Shown here in pieces: positions 54,570 to 64,000 of a stretch of DNA of 64,000 nucleotides (position 1 is the stretch's first letter; each line of letters begins with the position of its first letter). The notes beneath the pieces were generated by a model, which ran no database searches, was not told the origin of the DNA, and saw only the letters and a list, made by a program, of their open reading frames with translations. Source of the stretch: an uncultured virus (IMG/VR IMGVR_UViG_3300023110_000008) (taxonomy: Duplodnaviria > Heunggongvirae > Uroviricota > Caudoviricetes); IMG/VR virus record IMGVR_UViG_3300023110_000008; one strand, 5' to 3'. Position numbers and translations under genes: made by a program.

Positions 54570-55608
54570 ATTTTTTTACGGCATAGTTGAAGATAGAAAC
54601 GACCCATTACAGATAGGTCGTGTTAGAGTTCGTGTACATAGTGTACATACGGATAACAAAACTCAATTAGCTTCTGCCGATCTGCCTTGGTCTACAGTTA
54701 TTCTACCAACGACTGCTATAGGATTTTCAGGTTTTGGTCACGGTCATTCATTAGTCGAAGGTTCTACCGTGTTTGGTATGTTTAGAGATGATGACATGCA
54801 AGACTTCGTAGTCATGGGTGTTAACATGGGTATTAACCAGACTGGTTATAAAGAAACTATCACAGGTGAATTGTTAGATAGATCAGTCGACAAAGGCTTC
54901 AATGATCCTAGAAGAACAGATTACTCTGGTACATTAGACGGTCTAAACCCACCAGAATTGCCGTCAAGAGGCAACGAACTAACATTAAAGATCGAACATT
55001 CTCCAAGATTACCAAAAGCATTAGAGATAGATTACAAAGGTAAAGGAAGTAAAATAGAAGAATCATCTGATAGCGAATTGTTTGATGGTACAAGACCATA
55101 TTATCCTCTCAAAGATTATGAAAATGAATCCGATCTTAACAGATTTGCTAAGGGCGGTGCAATCTATACTCAATTTGATGATCTACCAAATTTAGGTGAT
55201 TTTAAACCAGATCGTTCAAAGACATTGTATCCTTTTAATAAAGTTCATCACACAGAATCAGGTCACATGATAGAAATGGATGACTCAGTGGGTGGTGAGA
55301 GATTAGCAGTCTCACATAGATCAGGTACTTTCTACGAGATACACAAAGACGGAACAGAAGTACATAGAGTTGTCAACGATAATTATACGGTCATATGTAA
55401 AGACGATAATGTATACATTGGCGGTAAATGTAATGTTAAAATTTTAGGAGATGCTACCATCGATATCGGTGGTGATGCTAAAATTGATATTGATGGAAAA
55501 GCAGACATACATTCAGATAAAGCAATGAAAATCTCATCAAGTATATCAACGACTATCACCGCACCTCTCGTTGACATAAATGGTAAGACTGTTAAACTTA
55601 ATTCATAA
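54562..55608 (+). CDS. gp5: baseplate central spike (gp5), no lysozyme domain
   Basis: GIVEDRNDP...GRVRVR, LPW, YPFN.V..TESGH..E.DD..G.ER...HRSG, beta-helix tail. Confidence 0.92.
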   Translation: MIRFFYGIVEDRNDPLQIGRVRVRVHSVHTDNKTQLASADLPWSTVILPTTAIGFSGFGHGHSLVEGSTVFGMFRDDDMQDFVVMGVNMGINQTGYKETITGELLDRSVDKGFNDPRRTDYSGTLDGLNPPELPSRGNELTLKIEHSPRLPKALEIDYKGKGSKIEESSDSELFDGTRPYYPLKDYENESDLNRFAKGGAIYTQFDDLPNLGDFKPDRSKTLYPFNKVHHTESGHMIEMDDSVGGERLAVSHRSGTFYEIHKDGTEVHRVVNDNYTVICKDDNVYIGGKCNVKILGDATIDIGGDAKIDIDGKADIHSDKAMKISSSISTTITAPLVDINGKTVKLNS

Positions 55609-57170
55609 TGACTACAGCACCAACATATGATGTACCACAAATCCCCTCGGCATTTCCATGCCCACCAGGTGATATCTTTAATCTTCCTACAAAAGAAGAG
55701 TTACTCAATGCAATCAATAAGATTGCACAAATACCAAGTGAAATTAAATCTTTTTTAGTGGAAAAGAAAGATGAGATAACAGAAGACGTAGCAAAAGAAT
55801 TACAAAAAATATCAGATGAAATCTCTGAGTTCATGGAAAAGATAGCAGACATACTATCTCCGTATTGGCAAAAAGGCACTATTCGTAATTGGCAAAAAGA
55901 AGCAAAAGATGCCATCACTGAACTCTTACAGGAATTACATCTCTATGTTCCAACGAAGATAATGGAAATTATCTCAAAACTTATTCCTTTTGATTTTAAT
56001 ATAACTGTTCTTGGCATCGAAATCAATCTTCTAAAGATATTTACTAAAGAAGAACAACTCAGAATCAAGACTCAAATTGCAGAAGATGTTGATAAGTTCT
56101 TTGCACAGGTTGCCGAAGAGTTTCAAGGATTCAAAGCAGACTTTGGTGTATTATGTAATGAGTGGAAAGCAAAGATGACATGGCAGTATATCAAAACTAA
56201 AATACAAGAACTACTAACAAACGGTTTACATAGTATCTTTGGTAAGTTGATTGACATGTTCGATGAAATATGGGATTTACTTGGACTGCCTAATCTAATT
56301 GCATTGTTTACTTTAGATGTGGGTGCTGAGATTGAAAAAGCAATTGCAAAACTAAGAGAAAAAAGAGACAAGTTAGTAGAGAAAGTTCAAAATGCAGTAG
56401 GCGAAGCAAGAGAAAAACTCGAAGAAGAATTGGCAAGAATTAATGCAGACATATTAAGTGCTATCGAAGATATTAGTCTTTTCGGTTTTAATGTTAGAAG
56501 TATTATTGGTGGGTTTATTGATGAGAATGTTGCATCTTTAGAAGAGAAAATTATGGAGTTCAAACTAGCATTAGAAGACTTCAAACAAAATTGGCAGAAG
56601 AAGTTATTAATGGAATGGGTAAAGATTGTGAAGAAGTTCTTTGATGCAATCGGTCTAGGAAAAATCTTTGAATTCTTAACATTTACATTTTGTGATTTAC
56701 TCAATCTAATAGGATTCCCTTTTGCAATCAACATAAGTAATGCGACTTTACCAAAACCTATTCATCCAGAAACAATCAAAGATGCTAGTCTTTTAGCATT
56801 GACTGGTGGATTGTTAAAATCAAATGGGTCGCAGACTACGTTTACACCAGAAGGCACAGGTGGAAACAAATACGTTTTAGTTGATGGTCAGAGAACATCA
56901 AACTTTACTGAAAATGAAGATGGATCTATCACACTTGATAGTCCTGCTGGAGAAGGCAAGACTGTATACGCAGTAGCAACTAATAAGGAATTTGCATCTT
57001 CAGGACAAACAGAATTTAGTATACCTAGTGATGTAAGTGTAAACGATCTCTCAGTATATGTGAGTGGCAAGATAGTTGAACCAGAAGATTACTCAATAAA
57101 TGCACTTTTGAGACTGGTGATTTTCGACACAGCACCAAATAGAGGATTAATTTCAATCGTATCAACATAA
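55608..57170 (+). CDS. hypothetical virion protein (amphipathic helical repeats plus C-terminal beta domain)
   Basis: 520 aa between gp5 and gp25. Confidence 0.65.
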   Translation: MTTAPTYDVPQIPSAFPCPPGDIFNLPTKEELLNAINKIAQIPSEIKSFLVEKKDEITEDVAKELQKISDEISEFMEKIADILSPYWQKGTIRNWQKEAKDAITELLQELHLYVPTKIMEIISKLIPFDFNITVLGIEINLLKIFTKEEQLRIKTQIAEDVDKFFAQVAEEFQGFKADFGVLCNEWKAKMTWQYIKTKIQELLTNGLHSIFGKLIDMFDEIWDLLGLPNLIALFTLDVGAEIEKAIAKLREKRDKLVEKVQNAVGEAREKLEEELARINADILSAIEDISLFGFNVRSIIGGFIDENVASLEEKIMEFKLALEDFKQNWQKKLLMEWVKIVKKFFDAIGLGKIFEFLTFTFCDLLNLIGFPFAINISNATLPKPIHPETIKDASLLALTGGLLKSNGSQTTFTPEGTGGNKYVLVDGQRTSNFTENEDGSITLDSPAGEGKTVYAVATNKEFASSGQTEFSIPSDVSVNDLSVYVSGKIVEPEDYSINALLRLVIFDTAPNRGLISIVST

Positions 57171-57185
57171 TCACTAAAGGAAATG

Positions 57186-57193
57186 TATAAATA
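57186..57193 (+). promoter_or_regulatory. T4-type late promoter
   Basis: Perfect TATAAATA 5 nt before the gp25 ATG. Confidence 0.75.
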
Positions 57194-57198
57194 GTTAG

Positions 57199-57618
57199 AT
57201 GACCGAGTATCTAAAACCAAATGCCAAAGTTAATGCAGTAAAAGAATCATATTCTGATCTTGATGCTCTTTTTGTTGCTCACCCAATTACTGGTGATATA
57301 ATGACTAAAAAAGATACAGATGCAATTAAAAGATCGGTCCGTAACATAGTCTTAACAAATAAATTTGAAAGACCTTTTAAACCAAACTTTGGTGCCTCTC
57401 TTAGAGATCAACTATTTGAGTTGCGTACTGAGAGATCAAAAGAAAAATTTGCTAAAAGATTAGCAGAAATGATTGAGTTGTACGAACCAAGAGTCTACAA
57501 CGTTAAAATTGGATTGAATGATGAAGATACTAATGAGATGAATGTTAGAATTTTTTATACAATCAGAAATGCATCAAGAGCACAAAACATAGAATTAACC
57601 GTAAGTAGGGTAAGGTAA
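57199..57618 (+). CDS. gp25: baseplate wedge subunit (gp25)
   Basis: YSDLD..F..HP.TGD, AIKRSVRN.VLT...ERPF.P.FG, YEPRV. Confidence 0.93.
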   Translation: MTEYLKPNAKVNAVKESYSDLDALFVAHPITGDIMTKKDTDAIKRSVRNIVLTNKFERPFKPNFGASLRDQLFELRTERSKEKFAKRLAEMIELYEPRVYNVKIGLNDEDTNEMNVRIFYTIRNASRAQNIELTVSRVR

Positions 57619-59489
57619 TGGCAGTAAAGAGTTCACAAATTAATACAACAGATCAAGATTTTGATGATATCGTAAGTAATATTAAATCATATTTAAAAGG
57701 ACAAGAGTTATTCAAAGACTATAACTTCGAAGGTTCGACCATGTCAGTTCTTATTGACATGTTAGCATATGCATCTCACATCGGTGCAATCAATACAAAC
57801 ATAGCAGCTTCAGAAATGTTCTTAGATTCAGCACAACTGAGAAAGAACGTTGTATCACGTGCTAAAGATTTAGGTTTTGTACCTGCATCTGAGAAGGCAT
57901 CAGCTGCTTATGTCAATATGCAAATGGATAATGTTGTTAACGCAGATGGTACAATCCCTACACCAAGCGATATGACATTATCAAGAGGTCAACAATTCAC
58001 AACTATCTATGACAATGTAGCATACAATTTTGTTTGCACATCATCAATCACTCCTACAAGATCAAATAAAAGTTTCAATTGGAATAATATAGAACTTGTT
58101 CAAGGTCAATACGTAACAGATCAATTTGTTTTTGATTCACAAATTAAAAACTCAAAGTTTGTTTTATCAAATGAAAGAGTTGATAAAAGTAAATTAGTAG
58201 TCACTGTTATTTCAAACGGTGTTGAAGAAACGTATGTAGATGCTAAAAGTATTTCTACGATATCTTCATCATCTAAAGTTTTTTATACACAAGAAAACGA
58301 AGAAGGATTTGTAGAGTTTTATTTTGGTGATGGTGTTCTTGGTAATCAACTATTAGATGGTGATATCATCAATGCAGTTTATGTAGTAGTTGATTTAGAA
58401 CATGCTGAGGGTGCCAAAAGATTTACACTTACACAACCAATCAATGGTTTTATAAGTGCTACTGTTACAACTGTAACTGAAGCAACAGGTGGTGCTGAAA
58501 AAGAATCAATAGATTCTATTAAATTTAAAGCAACAAAATTCTACACATCACAAAACAGATTGGTCACATTGAACGACTATAAAGCAAAAGTAAGTGAATA
58601 CTATCCAAACGCCGATGCAGTTGCAGTTTGGGGTGGTGAAGATAACGATCCACCTGATTATGGTAAAGTCTTCTTGTCACTTAAACCACAAAACTCAGAT
58701 TATTTGTCTGAGTTTGAAAAAGCAGATGTTATCAAAAAACTAAATGCATTAAACATGGTTACAGTTAAACCAGTAATTGTTGATGCAGACATTGTTAAGA
58801 TTCTGGTAACAACTGTATTTAAATACGATTCACGTGCTACTCAACTCTCAATTGGAGAAATGAAATCAGTAGTTAGAGCTGCTATCGTAAATTTCGACAA
58901 TACAAATTTAAGTAACTTTGATTCAATCTTTAGACATTCAAAATTAGTCAAAGCAATTGATGAATCAGAGGGATCGATTCTATCTAACTCAACAAACATT
59001 AGATTGAGAAAATCTCAAAAGGTAGAATTAAACAAACAAAAAGGATTAGAAATCAAATTTGGAAATGGTTTCTACCATCCTCATGACGGACACAATAAAG
59101 CAGGTGGTGGTATTTTAGTATCATCTGGTTTCAAAGTACAAGGCGATTCAGTCAACGATCATTTCTTTGATGATGACGGATCAGGTAAGATCAGAAGATA
59201 TGTTTTAGCTTCTGGTGTTAGAACTATAAAAGATTACGAGGCAGGTACCATAGATTATGGTACAGGAAAGATTACGATTGATGCCATCACTATCACTGGT
59301 ACAACCAATAGTGATACCTCAATCGACTTCACAGTTCTACCTTCTAGCAACGATGTTGTTGCAGTTAGAGGTTCTCTAATTGATATCAGTGTCGATGATA
59401 TAAACGTAGACGGCGAAGTAGACACCATCGCAAGTGGTGAGAGTAGTGCTGGTGTAGGATACACTTCTACATCCAACACAAATTATTAA
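57618..59489 (+). CDS. gp6: baseplate wedge subunit (gp6)
   Basis: DFD.I...IK.YL, DYNFEGS, E.FLDSA..R..VVS.AK.LG, QNR.VT..DY, WGGEDNDPP.YGKV. Confidence 0.95.
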   Translation: MAVKSSQINTTDQDFDDIVSNIKSYLKGQELFKDYNFEGSTMSVLIDMLAYASHIGAINTNIAASEMFLDSAQLRKNVVSRAKDLGFVPASEKASAAYVNMQMDNVVNADGTIPTPSDMTLSRGQQFTTIYDNVAYNFVCTSSITPTRSNKSFNWNNIELVQGQYVTDQFVFDSQIKNSKFVLSNERVDKSKLVVTVISNGVEETYVDAKSISTISSSSKVFYTQENEEGFVEFYFGDGVLGNQLLDGDIINAVYVVVDLEHAEGAKRFTLTQPINGFISATVTTVTEATGGAEKESIDSIKFKATKFYTSQNRLVTLNDYKAKVSEYYPNADAVAVWGGEDNDPPDYGKVFLSLKPQNSDYLSEFEKADVIKKLNALNMVTVKPVIVDADIVKILVTTVFKYDSRATQLSIGEMKSVVRAAIVNFDNTNLSNFDSIFRHSKLVKAIDESEGSILSNSTNIRLRKSQKVELNKQKGLEIKFGNGFYHPHDGHNKAGGGILVSSGFKVQGDSVNDHFFDDDGSGKIRRYVLASGVRTIKDYEAGTIDYGTGKITIDAITITGTTNSDTSIDFTVLPSSNDVVAVRGSLIDISVDDINVDGEVDTIASGESSAGVGYTSTSNTNY

Positions 59490-59560
59490 TATGCATAAAG
59501 TGGTCACGGAATTTACCGTGAGTAGTTTCCCATTCAATTGGATTATAGGAGGAAAAGAGA

Positions 59561-60043
59561 ATGGCAGATAAAAAAATAACAGCGCTTAGTTTAATAGGTG
59601 AAGCACAAATTAACGAAGGTGATTTACTTCACATCGTTGACGATCCTTCAGGAACACCTATAAACAAGAACATGACCTTAAAAAGGTTATTCAATAATGT
59701 TCCATCATTTTTAGCATTTAACGATGTTGAAACATTGGATGAATCTTCAACAGAGATTGAAGCATCAGAAGCAGTATCAATTGTTGACTTCACTGGTTAC
59801 GGTGGTGGTACAGCAGTTTCTATGACTTTAGATGCTCCTTCACATGAAGGTCAACTTAAAATTATTGTCAGAAAAGATGACAACGTTGCTCAAGACTTAA
59901 ACGTTAACGCAACAGGTTGGAATACTGGTACAACTACTGATTCAGTTTCATTAGAATCTGATACTTCAGTTGTTTTAATTGGTATTGGTTCGTTATGGTA
60001 CCATCTAGCATCTGGCGGTAGAGGCACAGTAACAGTTAGCTAA
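59561..60043 (+). CDS. virion structural protein
   Basis: MADKKITAL...GDLLHIVDDP.G.P.NK N-terminus typical of tail-associated proteins; SD AGGAGG. Confidence 0.7.
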   Translation: MADKKITALSLIGEAQINEGDLLHIVDDPSGTPINKNMTLKRLFNNVPSFLAFNDVETLDESSTEIEASEAVSIVDFTGYGGGTAVSMTLDAPSHEGQLKIIVRKDDNVAQDLNVNATGWNTGTTTDSVSLESDTSVVLIGIGSLWYHLASGGRGTVTVS

Positions 60044-60045
60044 TT

Positions 60046-63000
60046 ATGTCTCATCAAAATCACGTCTATGACAGACTATCAACGAGGTTACCATCTCTCT
60101 TACCAGATCATTTAAGAGAAGATGCACCTGTATTTGAAAGTTTTTTAGAGGCGTATTTTGAGTACTTAGAGTCCGAAATTCTAGTGCTTGATAGTATTCA
60201 AGCACTAGACGGCATTCGATTAGAGGACGGCACTCAGAAAGAAAGGGGTGCCATCCTTTTTGAAAAGAATACTTTTGCAGGCAATCCAGAAGCAGACTCA
60301 TCAAAGATACTTCTCAACGCCTCATCATTGTCTGATATTCAATCAGACCCTTTTACTAAAGATGAATACATTTATGGTCAATCTAGTGGTTCAATCGCTA
60401 AGATTAGAGTTATAAATGATAAAACATTTTTAGTTGATACAATATCAGGAAATGGTTTCACAGTAGGTGAAACTATTGTTGGTAGATCAGGCAATCAAAC
60501 AGGTGTTGTTAAAACATACAAAGAAAATAGTATTGTCGCATCAAATAGATTACTAGACTATTCTGATATTGATAGAACATTAGAAACATTTTTAAAATAC
60601 TTTCAAAAAGATTTTATACCGTCTCTTAATCTGAGAGACACACAAAATCCTAGACTTACATTAAAGAACATAGGTACTTTATACAAAGAGAAAGGTACTG
60701 AAAAGTCCATACAATTCTTAATGAGAATTCTATATGGTGAATCTTCTTCTGTTAGATATCCTATAGAAGAAACATTCTTTGCTTCAGAGTCAGAGTACGA
60801 AGAAGAAAGACAATGTAATGTCATCATGTCAGTTGGCCAAGTGCCAAAAGAGACTGACAAAATATTACAATACAGCGATGATGATGCAACTTTAGTAGTT
60901 GCTGAAGCAATCGTTGAAAAGGTTGGTATTATATCTGAAATAGACAGACAGTATCAACTTACAATTTCCAGAACACACAGAGGCACATTTCAACCAAACA
61001 AACAAGTTAAACTTGTAGATAGAGATGGTGTCACAATTTATACAGGTACTTTAACAGGTATCATATCTCAAGTCAAAAAAGATGACTCAGGCACTTATTT
61101 TCAATTAGAAGACAATTCAGGTAGTTTAAGATACGAATCAGGAAATGCCTCTTCTGGTTATACAGAAAGTAACCCAAATACCGAATCAGAGATGGGCGGT
61201 GGGTTATTATTTGAACGTGCAAGAGTTGGATCAATGTATGATCTAAACGATCAAATTAGATTCACAGGTTCAAAAGTAGATGCTAGTGAAATAGATGCAG
61301 TAGCAACTGTATCAGAATTGACTAGAGGTCCAATAGAACACATATACATTGAAAATGCAGGTACAGGTTATTCAGCAAACGATATTATTGTATTTGAAGA
61401 AGCAGGTACAGAGGGTGCTGGTGCAGAAGCGATAATAGCTGCTACTGGTGACGAACTTATTTTAGAAAACGCTACAGCATTTGATCAGTACGAATTTACT
61501 GCAACTGCTGGTCAAACTACATTTGGTGGTTTAGGTGCAAGAGATTTAAATAATAAACCTATCGCACTGAATGGTCTACAAGTTAAAGTGTTTGTAGATG
61601 GTATAGAACAGAGCAGACAAAACTATACAATTTTTTTAGATAGAGTGGTATTTGACACATCACCAACACCTGCTGGTGGTGAAAGAGTTGAATTAATATC
61701 AGAGTTTACTAGAGTTACTTTAGAACAAACAACAACTGGCGTCAATGGTTCAGTTGTCATGATCGAAGATGGTAATAATCCAGATAATGATCAGAGAATT
61801 AGAAGAATAGCAATTACTTCAGGTGGTACAGGATATCAAACACTACCTAGAGTATTTCCAGGTGGTTACATTTATGTAGATAACTACGATAGTTTTACAG
61901 TTGGTGAAACTGTAACCAATCAGGCTGCTACTGCAAACGGTGTTATATCACGTATTGATTCAAAGAACAAAAGACTTGTAATTAAAAAGACTGAATCTAA
62001 TATAGGTCACTTTGTAACTTCAGATATCATAACAGGTTCTTCTTCTGGTACAGAAGGCACAATTAAACAATCAACAGTCACAGCAGGTGAAGGTGCAAGT
62101 CTATTTGCTTGGTCATCTAAGGTCGGTGGTGTTGGCAAGATCAGAATCACATCACAAGGTTATAACTTTGATGAACATGCAGTTTTAGGCGGTGATTCAT
62201 ATTACAATATGTTGATTGGTAATCCAACTGCTGTAGCTGATTTAACAAAAGGTGTAACGTTTACTGGCAGAAAATCTGGTGCAACAGGTGAGGTAATATC
62301 ATTTGATGAACAAAGAAATTTACTTAAGTTTACAAATGTAAGTGGTACATTTGCTGAAAACGAATTTATTGATTATGCAAACGGACAATACTTTGAAGTA
62401 TTGAGATATGACCCATACGAAGCAAGAGGTGAATATGCTGGTGAAGGTGTAATAAACGATAACTTCTTCGGCAATAAAGGTTATGTATCTAGCGATACAA
62501 CTAACATACACGATGGTCTATTCTATCAATCACATTCATATGTGATTAAAGTTGGTGAATCAATCAATGCGTATAGATCGGCAGTTAAAGATTTAGTCCA
62601 TCCATCTGGTCACATTTTCTTTGGTGAAGTTGCACTTGATAGATACATCGTACAAGACGATAGAGACGGAAGATTTACAGTCGATCCTAAAAACACACTT
62701 GGTATTCAGAATACAACATTCGTACCAACTATACTACTTACAACTTATGCTTCAGAACATTTATTATTAGAAGATGCAGATCCAGATGATGCAACACTAG
62801 GTTACTTAGATACAGGTCAAGACCCTAATCTTATCAATGTAAAACAAAGAAAGTTCAAAATATTAACAGAAGATGGTTACTATATTGAAAATGAACAGGC
62901 ATTCGAGGCTAAAGCATCTACTAAGAAAGAAACATTAGTATTATTCCATACTACAGCATCTGAGTTAGAAGATTTAGCAATGCAAATCAACTTAGATGAA

Positions 63001-64000
63001 GCGGGCATACCTACAACAGGTACAGACCCAAGAACAGACGGCGCAATCACAGAACCATTAACTGAGTATGGAGATTCGTCACATAGAAACAGACATTTAA
63101 ATATAAACTCAGTAAGAACATTAATTAGTGCTGTACTTAAGTCTAAACTTAGATCAAGGTACAGTGGTATTTCAGCAATTGATCCTGTATCACAGAAACA
63201 ATATCAAAATATAGCACATGATCCAGTTGCAGAAGAAATAACAATATCAAATCAAAGATCACCAAGATTAGATGGCGTAGTATCAGTATTAAACTTATAC
63301 AACACTGATAGAGACTATCTGATTATGACTAAAGAAGATGCGGTGTCACCAATTGGTGCTAGACCTTCAGATCAAGGTACAGTGTTCCAATTTGCAGAGT
63401 TCTTAGATGAAAGAATAGCATTAGAAGACGGCAATCTCTTTAGAAGTGAAGAACCAAGAAACTATCTAAACCATGAACCACAAAACAGAGATGAGGTTGG
63501 TCCAAGAATCGTATTTGAAGATCATGCAAAGATTTACGAATTAAGTGACCCTAATGATCCTGATTCATACAACCCAGCAACAAGTGGTTATGAAGACATA
63601 AGTGGTTTAGTAGTTGAATTAGAAGATGAAACTGTACCAGAAATGCCAGAGTATTTCGTAACTGAAAGATCGGCAGAAATGTACGAACCATACTTCTATA
63701 TGGAAAATGGTGATAGAATGATTTTTGAAGATGGCAATCCAATAACAGACGAAAGATTAGGTTCAGGTAGTAACTTACATAGTTTTGCTCCTATAGGGTC
63801 TACATTTAGATCACTAAATAAGATTGCGTATCAACAAACTTATAAGATAGCATATCATATCCACCAAGAATCTGGCAACGCATCAAATATTGTAAACAAT
63901 ATCAATACAGAACCAGACTTTGGTGATAGAATACTTTTAGAAAGTGGCGGAGGTTTCATGTTGGATGAAACTAGCGAGAGTGAAGGACTAAGAATTAGTC
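60046..64000 (+). CDS. gp7: baseplate wedge initiator (gp7-like), partial, runs off the window
   Basis: LP...F..FLEAYFEYLE, LY..KGT..S..FL.RILYG, YQSHSYVIK, VK.LVHP.G..FFGE; no stop seen to the window end. Confidence 0.85.
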   Translation, partial: MSHQNHVYDRLSTRLPSLLPDHLREDAPVFESFLEAYFEYLESEILVLDSIQALDGIRLEDGTQKERGAILFEKNTFAGNPEADSSKILLNASSLSDIQSDPFTKDEYIYGQSSGSIAKIRVINDKTFLVDTISGNGFTVGETIVGRSGNQTGVVKTYKENSIVASNRLLDYSDIDRTLETFLKYFQKDFIPSLNLRDTQNPRLTLKNIGTLYKEKGTEKSIQFLMRILYGESSSVRYPIEETFFASESEYEEERQCNVIMSVGQVPKETDKILQYSDDDATLVVAEAIVEKVGIISEIDRQYQLTISRTHRGTFQPNKQVKLVDRDGVTIYTGTLTGIISQVKKDDSGTYFQLEDNSGSLRYESGNASSGYTESNPNTESEMGGGLLFERARVGSMYDLNDQIRFTGSKVDASEIDAVATVSELTRGPIEHIYIENAGTGYSANDIIVFEEAGTEGAGAEAIIAATGDELILENATAFDQYEFTATAGQTTFGGLGARDLNNKPIALNGLQVKVFVDGIEQSRQNYTIFLDRVVFDTSPTPAGGERVELISEFTRVTLEQTTTGVNGSVVMIEDGNNPDNDQRIRRIAITSGGTGYQTLPRVFPGGYIYVDNYDSFTVGETVTNQAATANGVISRIDSKNKRLVIKKTESNIGHFVTSDIITGSSSGTEGTIKQSTVTAGEGASLFAWSSKVGGVGKIRITSQGYNFDEHAVLGGDSYYNMLIGNPTAVADLTKGVTFTGRKSGATGEVISFDEQRNLLKFTNVSGTFAENEFIDYANGQYFEVLRYDPYEARGEYAGEGVINDNFFGNKGYVSSDTTNIHDGLFYQSHSYVIKVGESINAYRSAVKDLVHPSGHIFFGEVALDRYIVQDDRDGRFTVDPKNTLGIQNTTFVPTILLTTYASEHLLLEDADPDDATLGYLDTGQDPNLINVKQRKFKILTEDGYYIENEQAFEAKASTKKETLVLFHTTASELEDLAMQINLDEAGIPTTGTDPRTDGAITEPLTEYGDSSHRNRHLNINSVRTLISAVLKSKLRSRYSGISAIDPVSQKQYQNIAHDPVAEEITISNQRSPRLDGVVSVLNLYNTDRDYLIMTKEDAVSPIGARPSDQGTVFQFAEFLDERIALEDGNLFRSEEPRNYLNHEPQNRDEVGPRIVFEDHAKIYELSDPNDPDSYNPATSGYEDISGLVVELEDETVPEMPEYFVTERSAEMYEPYFYMENGDRMIFEDGNPITDERLGSGSNLHSFAPIGSTFRSLNKIAYQQTYKIAYHIHQESGNASNIVNNINTEPDFGDRILLESGGGFMLDETSESEGLRIS

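Noticed and set aside
1..64000. Stop-codon reassignment or alternative genetic code
   Set aside because: Core genes are full length in the standard code and end in TAA, TAG or TGA; no suppressor tRNA seen.

Overview
A 64 kb AT-rich segment of a T4-like myovirus genome, probably a marine phage of heterotrophic Proteobacteria (host is an inference from AMG content and a SutA-like gene). Core T4-like genes are recognisable: gp61 primase, nrdA/nrdB/glutaredoxin, RNase H, gp33, gp59, gp32, gp2, gp4, and the baseplate/tail block gp26-gp51-tape measure, gp54-like, gp48, gp53, gp27-like, gp5, gp25, gp6 and partial gp7. There are three tRNAs (Thr-TGT, Arg-TCT, Gly-GCC) and a spanin pair. Accessory genes include bS21, GAPDH, IscA/HesB, Bfd, about eight 2OG-Fe(II) oxygenases, three sulfotransferase-like genes, an APS-kinase-like gene, a split carbamoyltransferase, a KdsB cassette and a DUF262-HNH nuclease. 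The most interesting non-standard signals are: (1) an apparent programmed -1 frameshift fusing gp26 to gp51 upstream of the tape measure gene (lambda G/GT-like); (2) a divergent early-promoter island (20.9-22 kb) with several multi-stem RNAs around a SutA-like RNAP-binding protein; (3) a 6S-like rod-shaped RNA at 12.1 kb; (4) early promoters whose -35 box sits in a covarying hairpin; (5) widespread leaderless promoter-ATG spacing; (6) a covarying tandem operator in front of the DUF262-HNH gene. All calls were made by eye from motifs; no searches were run.
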